From the NCBI GenBank assembly GCA_016839805.1, contig JAEOTO010000009.1:1-64000 (forward strand): 64,000 bases of DNA, given 5' to 3'. Below, one piece after another: positions 47,713 through 58,096 of the stretch. Both the position numbers and the translations under genes were made by a program. This stretch comes from Candidatus Hermodarchaeota archaeon. GTDB taxonomy: Archaea > Asgardarchaeota > Hermodarchaeia > Hermodarchaeales > Hermodarchaeaceae. The notes below the pieces were generated by a model. The model had not been told where the DNA came from. It searched no databases and saw only the letters and a list, made by a program, of their open reading frames with translations. The stretch's first letter is position 1; each line of letters starts with the position of its first letter.

Positions 47713-50079
47713 ATGGTCGTTTTACAGCAACTAGTGGCTCGAGATTTCAAGCACTTAGATCTTGATATCAACTTTCCTCAAGGCATCCTCGCGATTAGTG
47801 GTCCAAATGAATCCGGAAAATCTTCAATCTTTGAAGCAATACTCTTTGCCTTCTTCGGACGGACCCATAAAGCACCCTTGGGACAAAAAGACCGCCTCAT
47901 CAATTACGATGCGGATAAACTATTCGTACGTTTATTCTTTGAAGTTGAAGGTACCCAATACCGAATTACTCGACAAATCCATCGAAAACGTCCCAGTACT
48001 GCCCAACTCCACAAAATCGCTCGATCTGGACAAGCTTCTCTTCTAGCAACAGGGGTCAAAAATGTCGAAGCTGAAGTGAGCACTCTACTTAATGGAGTGG
48101 ATCTGAATGACCTACTGGCAAGCAATATCGTACTTCAGAAAGATTTAGACCGTCTGGCACAAATGCCGAAAATGGACCGTCGACACGTTATCAATGCAAT
48201 GATGGGACGCGAGTGCTTTTCACGCGCTGATAATAAACTAGCAACTGAACTCCGACCCTTAAGAAATGCCCTCAAACCAACAGGAGAAACTCTCAAAGAG
48301 CTGCGGTTCCGTAAAGACGCGTACCTAGAACAGACTCAGGAATTAGAAGCAAAGCAAAAAACTTTGACTCAAATTGAGGGTCAATTAAAAGAAATTAATC
48401 AAACATTTGCTCAAAGTGAGAAGAAATACAAGGCTGTCAAGGCTTACAAGATAGCAAAAGATGAACAAAAGGATTTAGAGCGTGAAATTAAGTTCCGACT
48501 AGAAACTCAGGACCGCTTGGAAAAGCAATTAGCGAATTTGGATAAACTTCAGAGGCAACAAAAGAAACTCCGTGGGCAAGCGAAACAGCTTGACTATCTT
48601 CAAGATGATATGACCATCTTTGAACAATTGCAAGACGCATCTGAAAAGCTCAAAGCTACTGTAGACGAACTACAAATGACGACCGAAGTTATTTCATCAC
48701 TTGAAGGCCAAGTGGGCGAGTTAAGTACACTGCAAGACGTTGTAACAGAGTATGAACAAATTAAGAATCAGCGAATCAGTATCGAAGTCAGCCAAAACCA
48801 GATTCTCTCACCTCTCCTTTACATTCCTTCGATTGGACTTCTTGCCGCTGGAATTATGGCACTCTTCTTCAATCTAATCGTAGGGATAGTTTTTCTCCTA
48901 GCATCCATTCCCTTTGTAGCTTATCTCATCAAGAATTATTTCAATTATAGTCGCCTTGCAGCCAAACTAGATCAGATGCGAAGAAAAGAAGAGGAACTGA
49001 GTGAACAGGTAGCAAAGTACCGGACCAAAGAAACTTTTGAAGAACAACTTCAAGACCGCCTCAACCGAGATAAAGAACTAACCAACCAAATCACGCAGCT
49101 CTCAACACAAGTTCAGAGTCAACTCAAAAACCTCTCAACGACATTATTAGAAGGGGTAAAACCACCAAAGGACTCTGACGCACACACTCTGCGAGACACT
49201 GTAAGAACCGTAGAACAAAGACTTTTGGAACTTCAAGCAAGTCAGAAATCAGTTACTGACCAGTTACAATCAATTGAGGGACAATTAGCAGATCTTCGTG
49301 AAGCAAAAGCAGATCTTACACGAATTGTGAAAGAAATTACTACCCTACGAGAACAACTTTCTTCAATGACTCTTCCCCCACTTCCCGAAGAAATTGCCGA
49401 GTATACCGAAGCGTTGTATGAGCAGCTCGACCAGCAAATCAAGACAATGGGTGAAGAAAAAGCGACTATACAAGAGAGTCGGAGAAATACTGTTCAGCGT
49501 ATTAATGAACTTTCAGTTCTTCTAAAAGAGAACGAAGGAGTTCTAGACGAATTCACAAATAAAGAACGGGAATTTTTCCAGCTTGATCAGAATATAAAAT
49601 CTGGTGAACTCACGATTGAATTAATACGTGAGGTCGCGGAACAAGGTCGTGAACAAGTACGTCCACGCGTTGTACATGTCATGGAACGTATATTGGCAAC
49701 GATTACTGATGGAAAATACCGGTTTCCTAAGCTAAGTGAAGACTATAGCCTTAAGGTCTATTCGGCAACAGCTGGTGAATATGTACAAGCAACACTCTAC
49801 AGCGGAGGAACCGAAGATCAATTCCTCCTAGCTCTCCGTCTTGGATTTGCTATTGCATTGCTTCCCCAAGGCCGTGGTGCGACGCCCCAATTCCTTCTAC
49901 TCGATGAACCCTTCGGAGGTTCTGATATTCAACGCAGGGATAATATTATTCGTCTACTGAAAGATGAATTATCTCGCACCTTTCAACAAATTATTGTCGT
50001 GAGTCATCAGTCGGCTGTCCTCTCAGCTTCTGAACATCAATTTCGAATGATCAATGGACGAATTATTCATTCGGATTAG
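47713..50079 (+). CDS. rad50: Rad50/SbcC-type SMC ATPase lacking the zinc hook, with a central hydrophobic hairpin (YhaN/SbcE-like)
   Basis: GPNESGKSS, Q-loop VLQKD, YSGGTEDQ, LLLDEPF, VSH; coiled coils; only one Cys; hydrophobic aa 364-406. Confidence 0.85.
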   Translation: MVVLQQLVARDFKHLDLDINFPQGILAISGPNESGKSSIFEAILFAFFGRTHKAPLGQKDRLINYDADKLFVRLFFEVEGTQYRITRQIHRKRPSTAQLHKIARSGQASLLATGVKNVEAEVSTLLNGVDLNDLLASNIVLQKDLDRLAQMPKMDRRHVINAMMGRECFSRADNKLATELRPLRNALKPTGETLKELRFRKDAYLEQTQELEAKQKTLTQIEGQLKEINQTFAQSEKKYKAVKAYKIAKDEQKDLEREIKFRLETQDRLEKQLANLDKLQRQQKKLRGQAKQLDYLQDDMTIFEQLQDASEKLKATVDELQMTTEVISSLEGQVGELSTLQDVVTEYEQIKNQRISIEVSQNQILSPLLYIPSIGLLAAGIMALFFNLIVGIVFLLASIPFVAYLIKNYFNYSRLAAKLDQMRRKEEELSEQVAKYRTKETFEEQLQDRLNRDKELTNQITQLSTQVQSQLKNLSTTLLEGVKPPKDSDAHTLRDTVRTVEQRLLELQASQKSVTDQLQSIEGQLADLREAKADLTRIVKEITTLREQLSSMTLPPLPEEIAEYTEALYEQLDQQIKTMGEEKATIQESRRNTVQRINELSVLLKENEGVLDEFTNKEREFFQLDQNIKSGELTIELIREVAEQGREQVRPRVVHVMERILATITDGKYRFPKLSEDYSLKVYSATAGEYVQATLYSGGTEDQFLLALRLGFAIALLPQGRGATPQFLLLDEPFGGSDIQRRDNIIRLLKDELSRTFQQIIVVSHQSAVLSASEHQFRMINGRIIHSD

Positions 50080-50991
50080 TTATATCAGTTTAATCAGAAC
50101 TGGGCGAGTTTCTTGGTATTGATATCCTTGAGTTTCAAGGAATCCGTATTGATTTTCACGGGAAAATACTGTCAATTGAGTTACACCGTTTGTTTTACTC
50201 AAAAACTCAGTAACTGGTAATACAGTTGCCAAGAAGCTGGAGGCTTGGCTAGTTTTAGCTAACCAAATTCTTACATAGTGATGGTCAGTGGATAAGGCTT
50301 CATCATTTTCTTGACGTAGCAACCAAAGATTAGGACGTGGTATGTCGGTTTCTAGTAGTGTGTATAATCGATTCATGTTACGTAAATATGCCCAGGTATA
50401 CTGTGAGGAGTAATTAATTCCCAGCCCTGGCTCAAAACCCATTGGTAGTTGTTTACGTGGTGCCCATTGTAGAGGAATTCTTTGGATACTAGATTTGGTA
50501 GGGAGAAGAGATTCGCGTTTTAACGACTTGGTGAATTTGGCTTCGTGTCCTGAAAGGTTAAAACCATTAGTGCAGAAAAAATTGACGGCTTCATCATCCT
50601 CAGTTATCGTAGTTACTTGTGTACAGCCCTTCGCCTGGCTAATTTGGCAAGCATGTTCTAATAGAATTGAGCCAATGCCTTCATGGCGATGCTCAGGGTC
50701 AACAATAATCCATGCGATATTACCTTGCTTTGTGGTCGGTGATATCTTCTCAAAAAGAAGTTCGACCTCTCCCAGGATAGCATCTTTGGTACGGGCTACT
50801 AGAATGATTCCACCTGCATCTTCCATTACCTGTAGATGAAGGTTGAGTGTGTCAGGGTCAACCCAAGGACCTTCTTGCTGCCAGCGCTCCCATTTAGAGA
50901 GCCCTTCTTCAGCAAAGGTGCTTCGATTTAGGGTTACTAGGCCTAATAGGTCCCGTTTTACATTGGCTTCTTGCACTATAACTTCATTCAC
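50080..50991 (-). CDS. GNAT N-acetyltransferase
   Basis: IVDPEHRHEGIGSILL, AVNFFCTNGF. Confidence 0.82.
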   Translation of the reverse strand: MNEVIVQEANVKRDLLGLVTLNRSTFAEEGLSKWERWQQEGPWVDPDTLNLHLQVMEDAGGIILVARTKDAILGEVELLFEKISPTTKQGNIAWIIVDPEHRHEGIGSILLEHACQISQAKGCTQVTTITEDDEAVNFFCTNGFNLSGHEAKFTKSLKRESLLPTKSSIQRIPLQWAPRKQLPMGFEPGLGINYSSQYTWAYLRNMNRLYTLLETDIPRPNLWLLRQENDEALSTDHHYVRIWLAKTSQASSFLATVLPVTEFLSKTNGVTQLTVFSRENQYGFLETQGYQYQETRPVLIKLI

Positions 50992-51086
50992 GATTTTTGC
51001 TGAAGGGTATTAGTTAAAATAAAATCTTCTCTAAAGCCATATCAATCTCTATTTTCTAACCCCAAAATAGATAATAGTAGGTTTAT

Positions 51087-52469
51087 ATGCTATTCACGAC
51101 GGAGACACCGGAGAATATAGTCATGAGCGATTCAGAACTTCATCGTTGGCAAAAAGCCTTCCCCCTAGCAGGGTTCAAACCCGCACTCAACGCACCAACA
51201 AACGAAGAAAAACGGATCGCACAGCAATTTTGTCCAACCATCTATGCCGACTTAGAATTGGTTAAGGAGGAGCAAGCGGATTTAACAAAGAATCTTGGAA
51301 TCGATGGAAAAGCTACCGGCTTCTTCGCATCACTTAAAGAACGAGTGGCAAGTAAAGACTTTGCAGGAATTGCGGATACCCTGTTTTTGTTCTGTCTTGG
51401 CGATTTCCCCAATAACCTCGCTGGGGCAAAACTCGCGATTCTTGGAGTCGAACTCCCTGAAAGTGAAATCCCTTGGGATAAAGAAATGCGCAAGGTATTA
51501 GATCAACTTCGTGAAAGGCTCCAATCCGAATACTCACAACAATCTCGTGACTTTATCACCAATCTCTTCCACATGATTCTTCCCACTGAGCAAACACCAA
51601 CTTGTGTACTCAAATACCAGGTCAATAAAGATCCCAATGATCCTAATATCTACTGCATTCAGTATTTTGCTTATTGGCCAATTCAGCTGTTTCCTCGCCA
51701 CTTGTATGATTATGAGCCGATTTATGTCATTGTCCGTAAAGAAGGCAAAACGTATCATCCACTGATAACCACTTTTAATGCTGAATATGGAGCCCGACCC
51801 TTACTGAAAGGAAAACGACCAGGTCATATGATTCGAACGTTTTTCAATTGGGATAGTAAAGACCTGCAAATCTCTCCTGATGATTTCAATCCAATGGCAG
51901 ACTATATGACCAAAGCCTTTGGGGGGAGTTACTTTTATGAGAAAGTGCCTAGCGATCGCCGTGTGAGTCACATAGAAAACCTCCAATGTGGTGCTCATAC
52001 CATCGCTTTACATGTCCCTAATCGGTGGCATTCTTATGATCTTTGCACTGCTGATGTACGCCGGGATAAGACAGCACTTCCCTGTAACCTTCACCCACTC
52101 AAAACACAAGATTTGCTTCATATTGAATGGAACATCCTGAACCCTTTCCAAGCACCCTTTCTTTATCCCAATATCGGAAAGAAAAATGCCCTTATGCATT
52201 TCCCGCTGGATGCATCCACACTCTGGAAGAGTGAAATCTATCGTCGATGGAGTGACTATGCAATGGTGGAGTTTCATATCAAACACGGACGCCCATCTCA
52301 AACGGTATCGAACATGTATGCGTACCAAGTAGGGCTTTTCATCGATTTGTTCGGAGAAATTACTGGGGAAAGCATGGGATTAAGTATGTGGCCATTAATC
52401 GAGGCACGCGAACGCGAAATCGAAGGAACTCTCTCCTTTATCAAACGTTTACGGCGACCAAAGAAATAG
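51087..52469 (+). CDS. Hypothetical protein (weak NPP1/Vps62-like motif)
   Basis: 460-aa ORF; IQYFAYW...HLYDYEPIYV. Confidence 0.65.
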   Translation: MLFTTETPENIVMSDSELHRWQKAFPLAGFKPALNAPTNEEKRIAQQFCPTIYADLELVKEEQADLTKNLGIDGKATGFFASLKERVASKDFAGIADTLFLFCLGDFPNNLAGAKLAILGVELPESEIPWDKEMRKVLDQLRERLQSEYSQQSRDFITNLFHMILPTEQTPTCVLKYQVNKDPNDPNIYCIQYFAYWPIQLFPRHLYDYEPIYVIVRKEGKTYHPLITTFNAEYGARPLLKGKRPGHMIRTFFNWDSKDLQISPDDFNPMADYMTKAFGGSYFYEKVPSDRRVSHIENLQCGAHTIALHVPNRWHSYDLCTADVRRDKTALPCNLHPLKTQDLLHIEWNILNPFQAPFLYPNIGKKNALMHFPLDASTLWKSEIYRRWSDYAMVEFHIKHGRPSQTVSNMYAYQVGLFIDLFGEITGESMGLSMWPLIEAREREIEGTLSFIKRLRRPKK

Positions 52470-52472
52470 GAC

Positions 52473-52934
52473 GTGATAATACTGATGTTGAATCAAGCTA
52501 CTGAGGCGACTCCGTCAATCGCCGAGCGTGGGTCCCACCAACGATTTTGGTGGGCTCTTCTAGTCACACTTTTTGTAGTCTTCTTCATCTGGGGATTCTT
52601 CCAACCCTACCCATTAAATCTTATTTTATGGGCTGTTGGTCTCTTTTTTTTGGTTATTTTTCTTATTCTAATATACCGAAGTGCTCGTGCTCCTTCAAAG
52701 ATAGAGCTAGCTGAGATTCGACGGCTAATAGTATGTGACAAATGCGGTGTTGAAACAGAAGGACCTTATGAAGCAGGGGACCATGTTTTTCGTGAAATTG
52801 GACCCTGTCCGCGTTGTGATGGACGTCTTTACATTAAGGCAATTTATAGTATTGAAAAGAAAGAGCCCCTCAAACGCCAGCAACCCCAAAAAGAAACTAT
52901 CGTTGAAAATGAGGTTGTTAAAGACGCAGGCTAG
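52473..52934 (+). CDS. Two-TM membrane protein with zinc ribbon
   Basis: CDKC...GDHVF....CPRC. Confidence 0.72.
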   Translation: MIILMLNQATEATPSIAERGSHQRFWWALLVTLFVVFFIWGFFQPYPLNLILWAVGLFFLVIFLILIYRSARAPSKIELAEIRRLIVCDKCGVETEGPYEAGDHVFREIGPCPRCDGRLYIKAIYSIEKKEPLKRQQPQKETIVENEVVKDAG

Positions 52935-52937
52935 CGT

Positions 52938-53861
52938 CTAGTGTTTTCTCATCAGTCTCTGAATGTTGTCAGAAAATAGTTGTTTGAGGTCTTCCATGGT
53001 TACTTTTAGTCGTTGGAAGATTTTCAGTTGTTTTTCTAAAATATCATACCGAAAGCCGCGAGGGAACATTGAACTATCTGTTCCAAATACAATTCGCTTT
53101 GGTCCTCCTGCTTCCAATGTTCGTTTCATAACGCCCTCTAAATCTGAGGGATATGGAATATACCGCATCCAAATATTGGATCCTGAAGTATCCACATAGA
53201 CGTTATCCGTTTGATAAAACAACAGAAGGGTTTCTCGGAACATTCCTGCTCCTAAATGGGCAATCCCAAATTTTACATCAGGGAAGTCACGTGCTGGAGG
53301 TTGCAAATCTAGCGGATTACCATAACGAAGATCTACACCTGCTCCTACAGAAATCCCAAAATGATGGAGGACTGGAACCTTAAGGTCATCTGCGATTTGA
53401 TAAATCCTATATGCTTCTTTGCTGTGTGTATAGAACCCATGAAGGACGGGATAGAGTTTGTATCCATGAAATCCAAGTTCTCGAATAACATGACGGGCCT
53501 GATCTTCAGCTTCAGGTAACAGGGGATTGATATTCGCGTAACCATAGAAGCGGTTAGGGAACCGTTTGAGTGCGTCTGCAAATTCGTCCCATGATTCAGG
53601 ACCCACCATCATTCCAATTCGAGCTATTCCATATCGATCCAGTTCGGTAACCCATTTTTGGGCAAAATCCTCATCAGGACCTGGCTGGTCAACTGAAGTC
53701 ATATCGGTTCGAGTGCGAATTCGTCGCTGGATAGCCTTGGAATCAACTTGCCAGGACTGGAAAGTTTTGTAAGAAAGATAATGGGAGTGACTATCAATTA
53801 CTGATAATCCCAGTTGTTGATGTAGGTACTTTGTTGTCTTGGAGGTTTTTGACATGAGCAA
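52938..53861 (-). CDS. Amidohydrolase-2 family metal-dependent hydrolase
   Basis: IDSHSH, GYKLYP, IAHLG, VYVDTS, FGTD. Confidence 0.88.
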   Translation of the reverse strand: MLMSKTSKTTKYLHQQLGLSVIDSHSHYLSYKTFQSWQVDSKAIQRRIRTRTDMTSVDQPGPDEDFAQKWVTELDRYGIARIGMMVGPESWDEFADALKRFPNRFYGYANINPLLPEAEDQARHVIRELGFHGYKLYPVLHGFYTHSKEAYRIYQIADDLKVPVLHHFGISVGAGVDLRYGNPLDLQPPARDFPDVKFGIAHLGAGMFRETLLLFYQTDNVYVDTSGSNIWMRYIPYPSDLEGVMKRTLEAGGPKRIVFGTDSSMFPRGFRYDILEKQLKIFQRLKVTMEDLKQLFSDNIQRLMRKH

Positions 53862-54029
53862 TCTCCAATAAGGTGACTGAAAACAGGGTTTAAGAATCTG
53901 ATGCAGTTCTGACCCAAATCGCAGCTACAACAAAATCGAAACAAAAAGAGTCACGAGGAACGCAGGTTTAAAAGCCTGTGATAGTTTCGAATCAATGACG
54001 TTCAGCAATCGCTGGAGATGTGAATCCAG

Positions 54030-54716
54030 GTGTTTGACTCTACCAATGAATCAAAAGCCGATAAGGAACCGGTTACCATTGAGGTTGGTGAAATAGCCCT
54101 TGAAGGGATTCTCGAGCTTGTTGAAAAAGATCAACAACCGGGTCTTGTTCTTTGTCATCCTCACCCACTATTCGGGGGCAACATGGATGATAGTCGACTT
54201 CTTGCTTTGAGCAATGCTGCTGTCAATAAGGGCTTTAACATTCTTCGATTCAATTACCGTGGAGTCGGTAAAAGTCAGGGAAAATTCGGACAAGGAATTG
54301 GCGAAATCCAAGACACAATTGCTGCATTGAGCTTGCTCCGTTCCCATCCTCATACAGATGATTCACGGATTGCTCTGCTTGGCTACAGTTTTGGAGGCAG
54401 TATCGCGATTGCAGCAGCCATGGATGCGAATCCAGCTGCTCTCGTTGCGATAAGTGCGCGCTATCGAATGCCTGATTTGGACCCAAACCTTGTCACTGAA
54501 GCGATTCGTTACGTTAACTGTCCAAGTTACATTATTCACGGGCGGGATGATGCAACCGTTAATTATGTAGAATCTGAAGCAATTTATGCGCATTTACAAG
54601 TCGAAGAGAAATATCTTCGGTTGATAAAAGGTGCCAACCATTTTTGGACTCGAAAGCTTGATTCAATCATACTAATGATACTTACGTTCCTTAAGGACAA
54701 ATTACAATTAAAATAG
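54030..54716 (+). CDS. Alpha/beta hydrolase
   Basis: CHPHPLFGGNM, RFNYRGVG, GYSFGG, HGRDD, GANHF. Confidence 0.9.
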   Translation: MFDSTNESKADKEPVTIEVGEIALEGILELVEKDQQPGLVLCHPHPLFGGNMDDSRLLALSNAAVNKGFNILRFNYRGVGKSQGKFGQGIGEIQDTIAALSLLRSHPHTDDSRIALLGYSFGGSIAIAAAMDANPAALVAISARYRMPDLDPNLVTEAIRYVNCPSYIIHGRDDATVNYVESEAIYAHLQVEEKYLRLIKGANHFWTRKLDSIILMILTFLKDKLQLK

Positions 54717-54811
54717 GCTGAACTTTCTTTATCCCACTTTTTTGCTTAAAATTTTCTTAACAATAATGCTTAAGTGTAGGCTTGTGGTGCTAAGGGCGCG
54801 AGGTTGCCCGA

Positions 54812-56155
54812 ATGGTCAAAGTCTATGGAAAAGCTGCCAAAGAAGTGACACGTCTATTACGAAAGGGTGATGTAACCATTGATCTGGTCGGCATAGGAAA
54901 TATGGGACTCCCTGTTGCAGTATCTTTTGCCAAGGAAGGAGCGAAAGTCGTGGGAGTCCGAAGAGACCCGATAATCGTGGACCGAATTAATCGGGGTGAA
55001 TCTCCTCTTATTGGCGAACCAAAATTTTCAGATCTTTTGCGTGATGTAGTGAAGGCTGGGAAATTTAAAGCCACAATAGATGGCGCGGCTGCTGCGAAAG
55101 AGTCAGATGTAATTGTAATTCTTGTCCCTCTGCTTGTCGATGATAGAGGGCAGGAAGATTACTCGATCATTCGAGTTGCTGCTGATGTAGCAAGTAAAGG
55201 TATTGAGAAAGGTGACCTCGTAATCACTTCTACAACAATGCCTCCTGGAGCGACTGAACAAGTTGTAAAACCCGTTCTCGAAACTGGAAGTGGATTAGTT
55301 GCAGGTACAGATTTCGGCCTTGCTCATAGTCCTGAACGCCTTATGGTTGGTCGAGTAATGCGGAATCTCTACAAGTTTCCGAAAGTTGTGGGGGGTATCG
55401 ATAAGGCCAGTACAGAAGCGGCTGCAGGGATCTATGGCGTCTTCGGCGAGGTGGTACAGACTTCTTCACTGATTACGGCCGAACTAGTTAAAGTGGCTGA
55501 AGGAACATTTCGAGATGTAAACATCGGTTATGCGAATTTTCTTGCAAAACTATGTGAACCATTGGGGATAGATGCCTGGGAGGTAATAACTGCAGCAAAT
55601 AAAGACACGGGGGAGCACTGCATGATTCATCGTCCCAGTGCTGGTGTTGGTGGTCATTGTATCCCTGTATATCCTTGGTTCCTCATTAACAAAGCAATGG
55701 AAGTGGGTGAGGATGCAACACTCCTACGTCAAGTCCGATACATCAATGATAGCATGTCAATTCACACAGTAGATTTGGTCATCAGGTGTCTCAATAGTCA
55801 TTCTCAAGCTGTTAAGGAATCTCAAGTTAGTCTCCTAGGAATTTCCTTCCGAGCTAATGTCAAAGAAACACGTTTTGCAGCAAGTCTCCAGATTCTTAAA
55901 CATCTCAAAGAATATCAACCCAAAGTGATTCAAGCTTATGATCCATACTTCTCGGCGAAAGAACTTCAAGAGCTCGGATTTACTCCCGTTTCCTTCGAAG
56001 AAGCGCTAAAGGCAGACTGTTGCATTCTAATTGCCTCCCATCAGGAATTCGTCAAGGCGAAGGCAAAACTAGAGGCCATTAAGAATCGGTTAATTGACAC
56101 CACTAATCTTTTGTCCGAAGCATCATGGAAAGTGGGTCGTGTTCCCGTTCACTAA
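54812..56155 (+). CDS. Nucleotide-sugar dehydrogenase (UDP-ManNAc/GlcNAc DH, WecC-like)
   Basis: VGIGNMGLP, SPER, GVGGHCIP. Confidence 0.9.
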   Translation: MVKVYGKAAKEVTRLLRKGDVTIDLVGIGNMGLPVAVSFAKEGAKVVGVRRDPIIVDRINRGESPLIGEPKFSDLLRDVVKAGKFKATIDGAAAAKESDVIVILVPLLVDDRGQEDYSIIRVAADVASKGIEKGDLVITSTTMPPGATEQVVKPVLETGSGLVAGTDFGLAHSPERLMVGRVMRNLYKFPKVVGGIDKASTEAAAGIYGVFGEVVQTSSLITAELVKVAEGTFRDVNIGYANFLAKLCEPLGIDAWEVITAANKDTGEHCMIHRPSAGVGGHCIPVYPWFLINKAMEVGEDATLLRQVRYINDSMSIHTVDLVIRCLNSHSQAVKESQVSLLGISFRANVKETRFAASLQILKHLKEYQPKVIQAYDPYFSAKELQELGFTPVSFEEALKADCCILIASHQEFVKAKAKLEAIKNRLIDTTNLLSEASWKVGRVPVH

Positions 56156-56238
56156 CTGGAGTATTAAAGACCTAGTAAGAAAATAAACAAATTCTACTTC
56201 ATCTGAAATAGTGCAATCCTCCGAGGAGGGCAATTCCG

Positions 56239-57153
56239 ATGGATGCAATCGATAAGGGTATTCTCAACCATATGGCGAATAATTGTCGTATCACCTACCG
56301 TGAGCTTTCTTTGAAATTTGACATTTCTTCCAGTGCAATAAAAAAAAGGGTGAAAAAACTCGAAGAGAGTGGCATCATCGAAGATTACGGTGTAAATCTA
56401 TCCCGAGCAATGACAGGAACGAACTTGCTCTTTGGGTTTCTAGCAACGGATGGGTCCCAAGATGAAGAAGACTTTGTCACTACACTTGGGAACCAAGAAA
56501 TGTTAGTCGCCGCAGCTTCCTACACAGGAGGCCATTATGCACTCATCGCTGAATACCGGAACTCCCAAGATCTATGGGAGATTGGTGCTTTCCTTCGTAA
56601 CTTTGATTGCGTAATAAACATCGAAACCCATCAATTGCTGAGCCTTCAGGGGTCTACGATGGAGCTTACGAAATTGCACCTGCGTGTCATTAATGTGCTC
56701 CTCGATGATCCACGTATGTCAATTGTGGATATCGCACAAAAAACAGGATTAACATCACGAAGAGTTCGAAGATTAGTGAACGAACTGGTCGAAGGGCAAG
56801 CAGTCCTTTTTCGTTCCTTTAACGAACTTGGAGCAGCTGGCAGCATTCCTTTCTTAATGTGGATAACTTGGAATGAAAAAGAGACGGATCACAACGCTAT
56901 TCGGGACTGGCTGGACAAGACATTCAACCTCTCCCTCTGGGAGAGCTTTATTTCCGCAGAAGCTCCTATTATGATTTGCCTCCTATCGGGTGAAGATCTC
57001 ACTGAAGTAGATTCCATTGCTCGAACAACACGACAGCACCCACATATACCCACAGTCACTGTGCAAATATCGAAACATCACCAGTATTTCCCCGGTTTAA
57101 GCTACCGAATTCTCCTCAAAACCCTGGAAGAAGCTGGGGTCCGCAAGTCATAA
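56239..57153 (+). CDS. Tandem Lrp/AsnC-family transcriptional regulator
   Basis: Two wHTH units (MDAIDKGIL...RVKKLEESGII and LLDDPRMSIVDIAQKTG). Confidence 0.85.
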   Translation: MDAIDKGILNHMANNCRITYRELSLKFDISSSAIKKRVKKLEESGIIEDYGVNLSRAMTGTNLLFGFLATDGSQDEEDFVTTLGNQEMLVAAASYTGGHYALIAEYRNSQDLWEIGAFLRNFDCVINIETHQLLSLQGSTMELTKLHLRVINVLLDDPRMSIVDIAQKTGLTSRRVRRLVNELVEGQAVLFRSFNELGAAGSIPFLMWITWNEKETDHNAIRDWLDKTFNLSLWESFISAEAPIMICLLSGEDLTEVDSIARTTRQHPHIPTVTVQISKHHQYFPGLSYRILLKTLEEAGVRKS

Positions 57154-57172
57154 GTTCAAGATTAAAACACCC

Positions 57173-57994
57173 TTACATGAAATCGCTTCGTTTGTAAATG
57201 CGCTTTTTATACCGATATTCATCAACGCTAAGCGAATCCATCACGGTTAATGGCTCCTTTTTAACTAGATTTCGACATGCTCGATATGCAATCCAATAGG
57301 AATTCGTATCTCCATTAGAGACAAGTTCCTTTACTATGGTAATGACGAGTTCTGGGAGTCGTCGTGCCAAATCGCTGAGGTTATTTCCAACAGATGTCCG
57401 AGGATAAGCTAAGGGTTCTCGAAACAGTAATCTAAGAATGGATAAAGAATACTCAGGCTTTCTGTATATCCACTGGTTCTCTTGCACAGGACGCAGTGTT
57501 TCTGCAACAAAGCGACGATGATTCGGATTATCAGATTTCGCTAACTTACACAGAAAGGATTTGACCTCCATTGGATACTTTTGGGTGAGCTTGCGGAAAA
57601 ACATCTGAGCAAATTCTCGGATTTCCCAATCCTCTCCTGCAGCTGTGAGTTCAAAATAGGAAAACACGCGTTGATATTCCTCTAACCCATAATAGGAGAG
57701 GATGCCCAGGGCGACGCCCCTACTTCGAGCCTCGCTACTCAATTCAAAAATTCGTGACGCAACATCATAGACGGGCAACTGGGCATCCATGAATTGACTG
57801 TATAGATATTTGCTAAGAACCTTAATCGTGTACACTCGACCAAACGAACTACGACGCTTATCCGGAATGTTCGTATACAGCTTATCGAGAATAGAAGGTA
57901 AGTTAATTATTGCTGAATTAAAGTCCCCATGCTGAATTGGATGAAGGATTCTGTCAGTTATGGTGCTCTTGATGTGCAAATCTAGGATGTCCAT
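57173..57994 (-). CDS. HEAT-repeat DNA alkylation repair (AlkC/AlkD-like) protein
   Basis: WEIREFA, RRFVAETLRP, SVGNNLSDL; start at ATG 57994 avoids overlap with tfb. Confidence 0.75.
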   Translation of the reverse strand: MDILDLHIKSTITDRILHPIQHGDFNSAIINLPSILDKLYTNIPDKRRSSFGRVYTIKVLSKYLYSQFMDAQLPVYDVASRIFELSSEARSRGVALGILSYYGLEEYQRVFSYFELTAAGEDWEIREFAQMFFRKLTQKYPMEVKSFLCKLAKSDNPNHRRFVAETLRPVQENQWIYRKPEYSLSILRLLFREPLAYPRTSVGNNLSDLARRLPELVITIVKELVSNGDTNSYWIAYRACRNLVKKEPLTVMDSLSVDEYRYKKRIYKRSDFM

Positions 57995-58096
57995 CGAAGC
58001 CACAGATTCCCTTTGAAAAGTTCGTGGTTTATAAGTGGGAGTTGATGTTTTTGGTGCTATTATTGCGGTGCTATAAAAAGCCGCTAGCGCTTTTCT

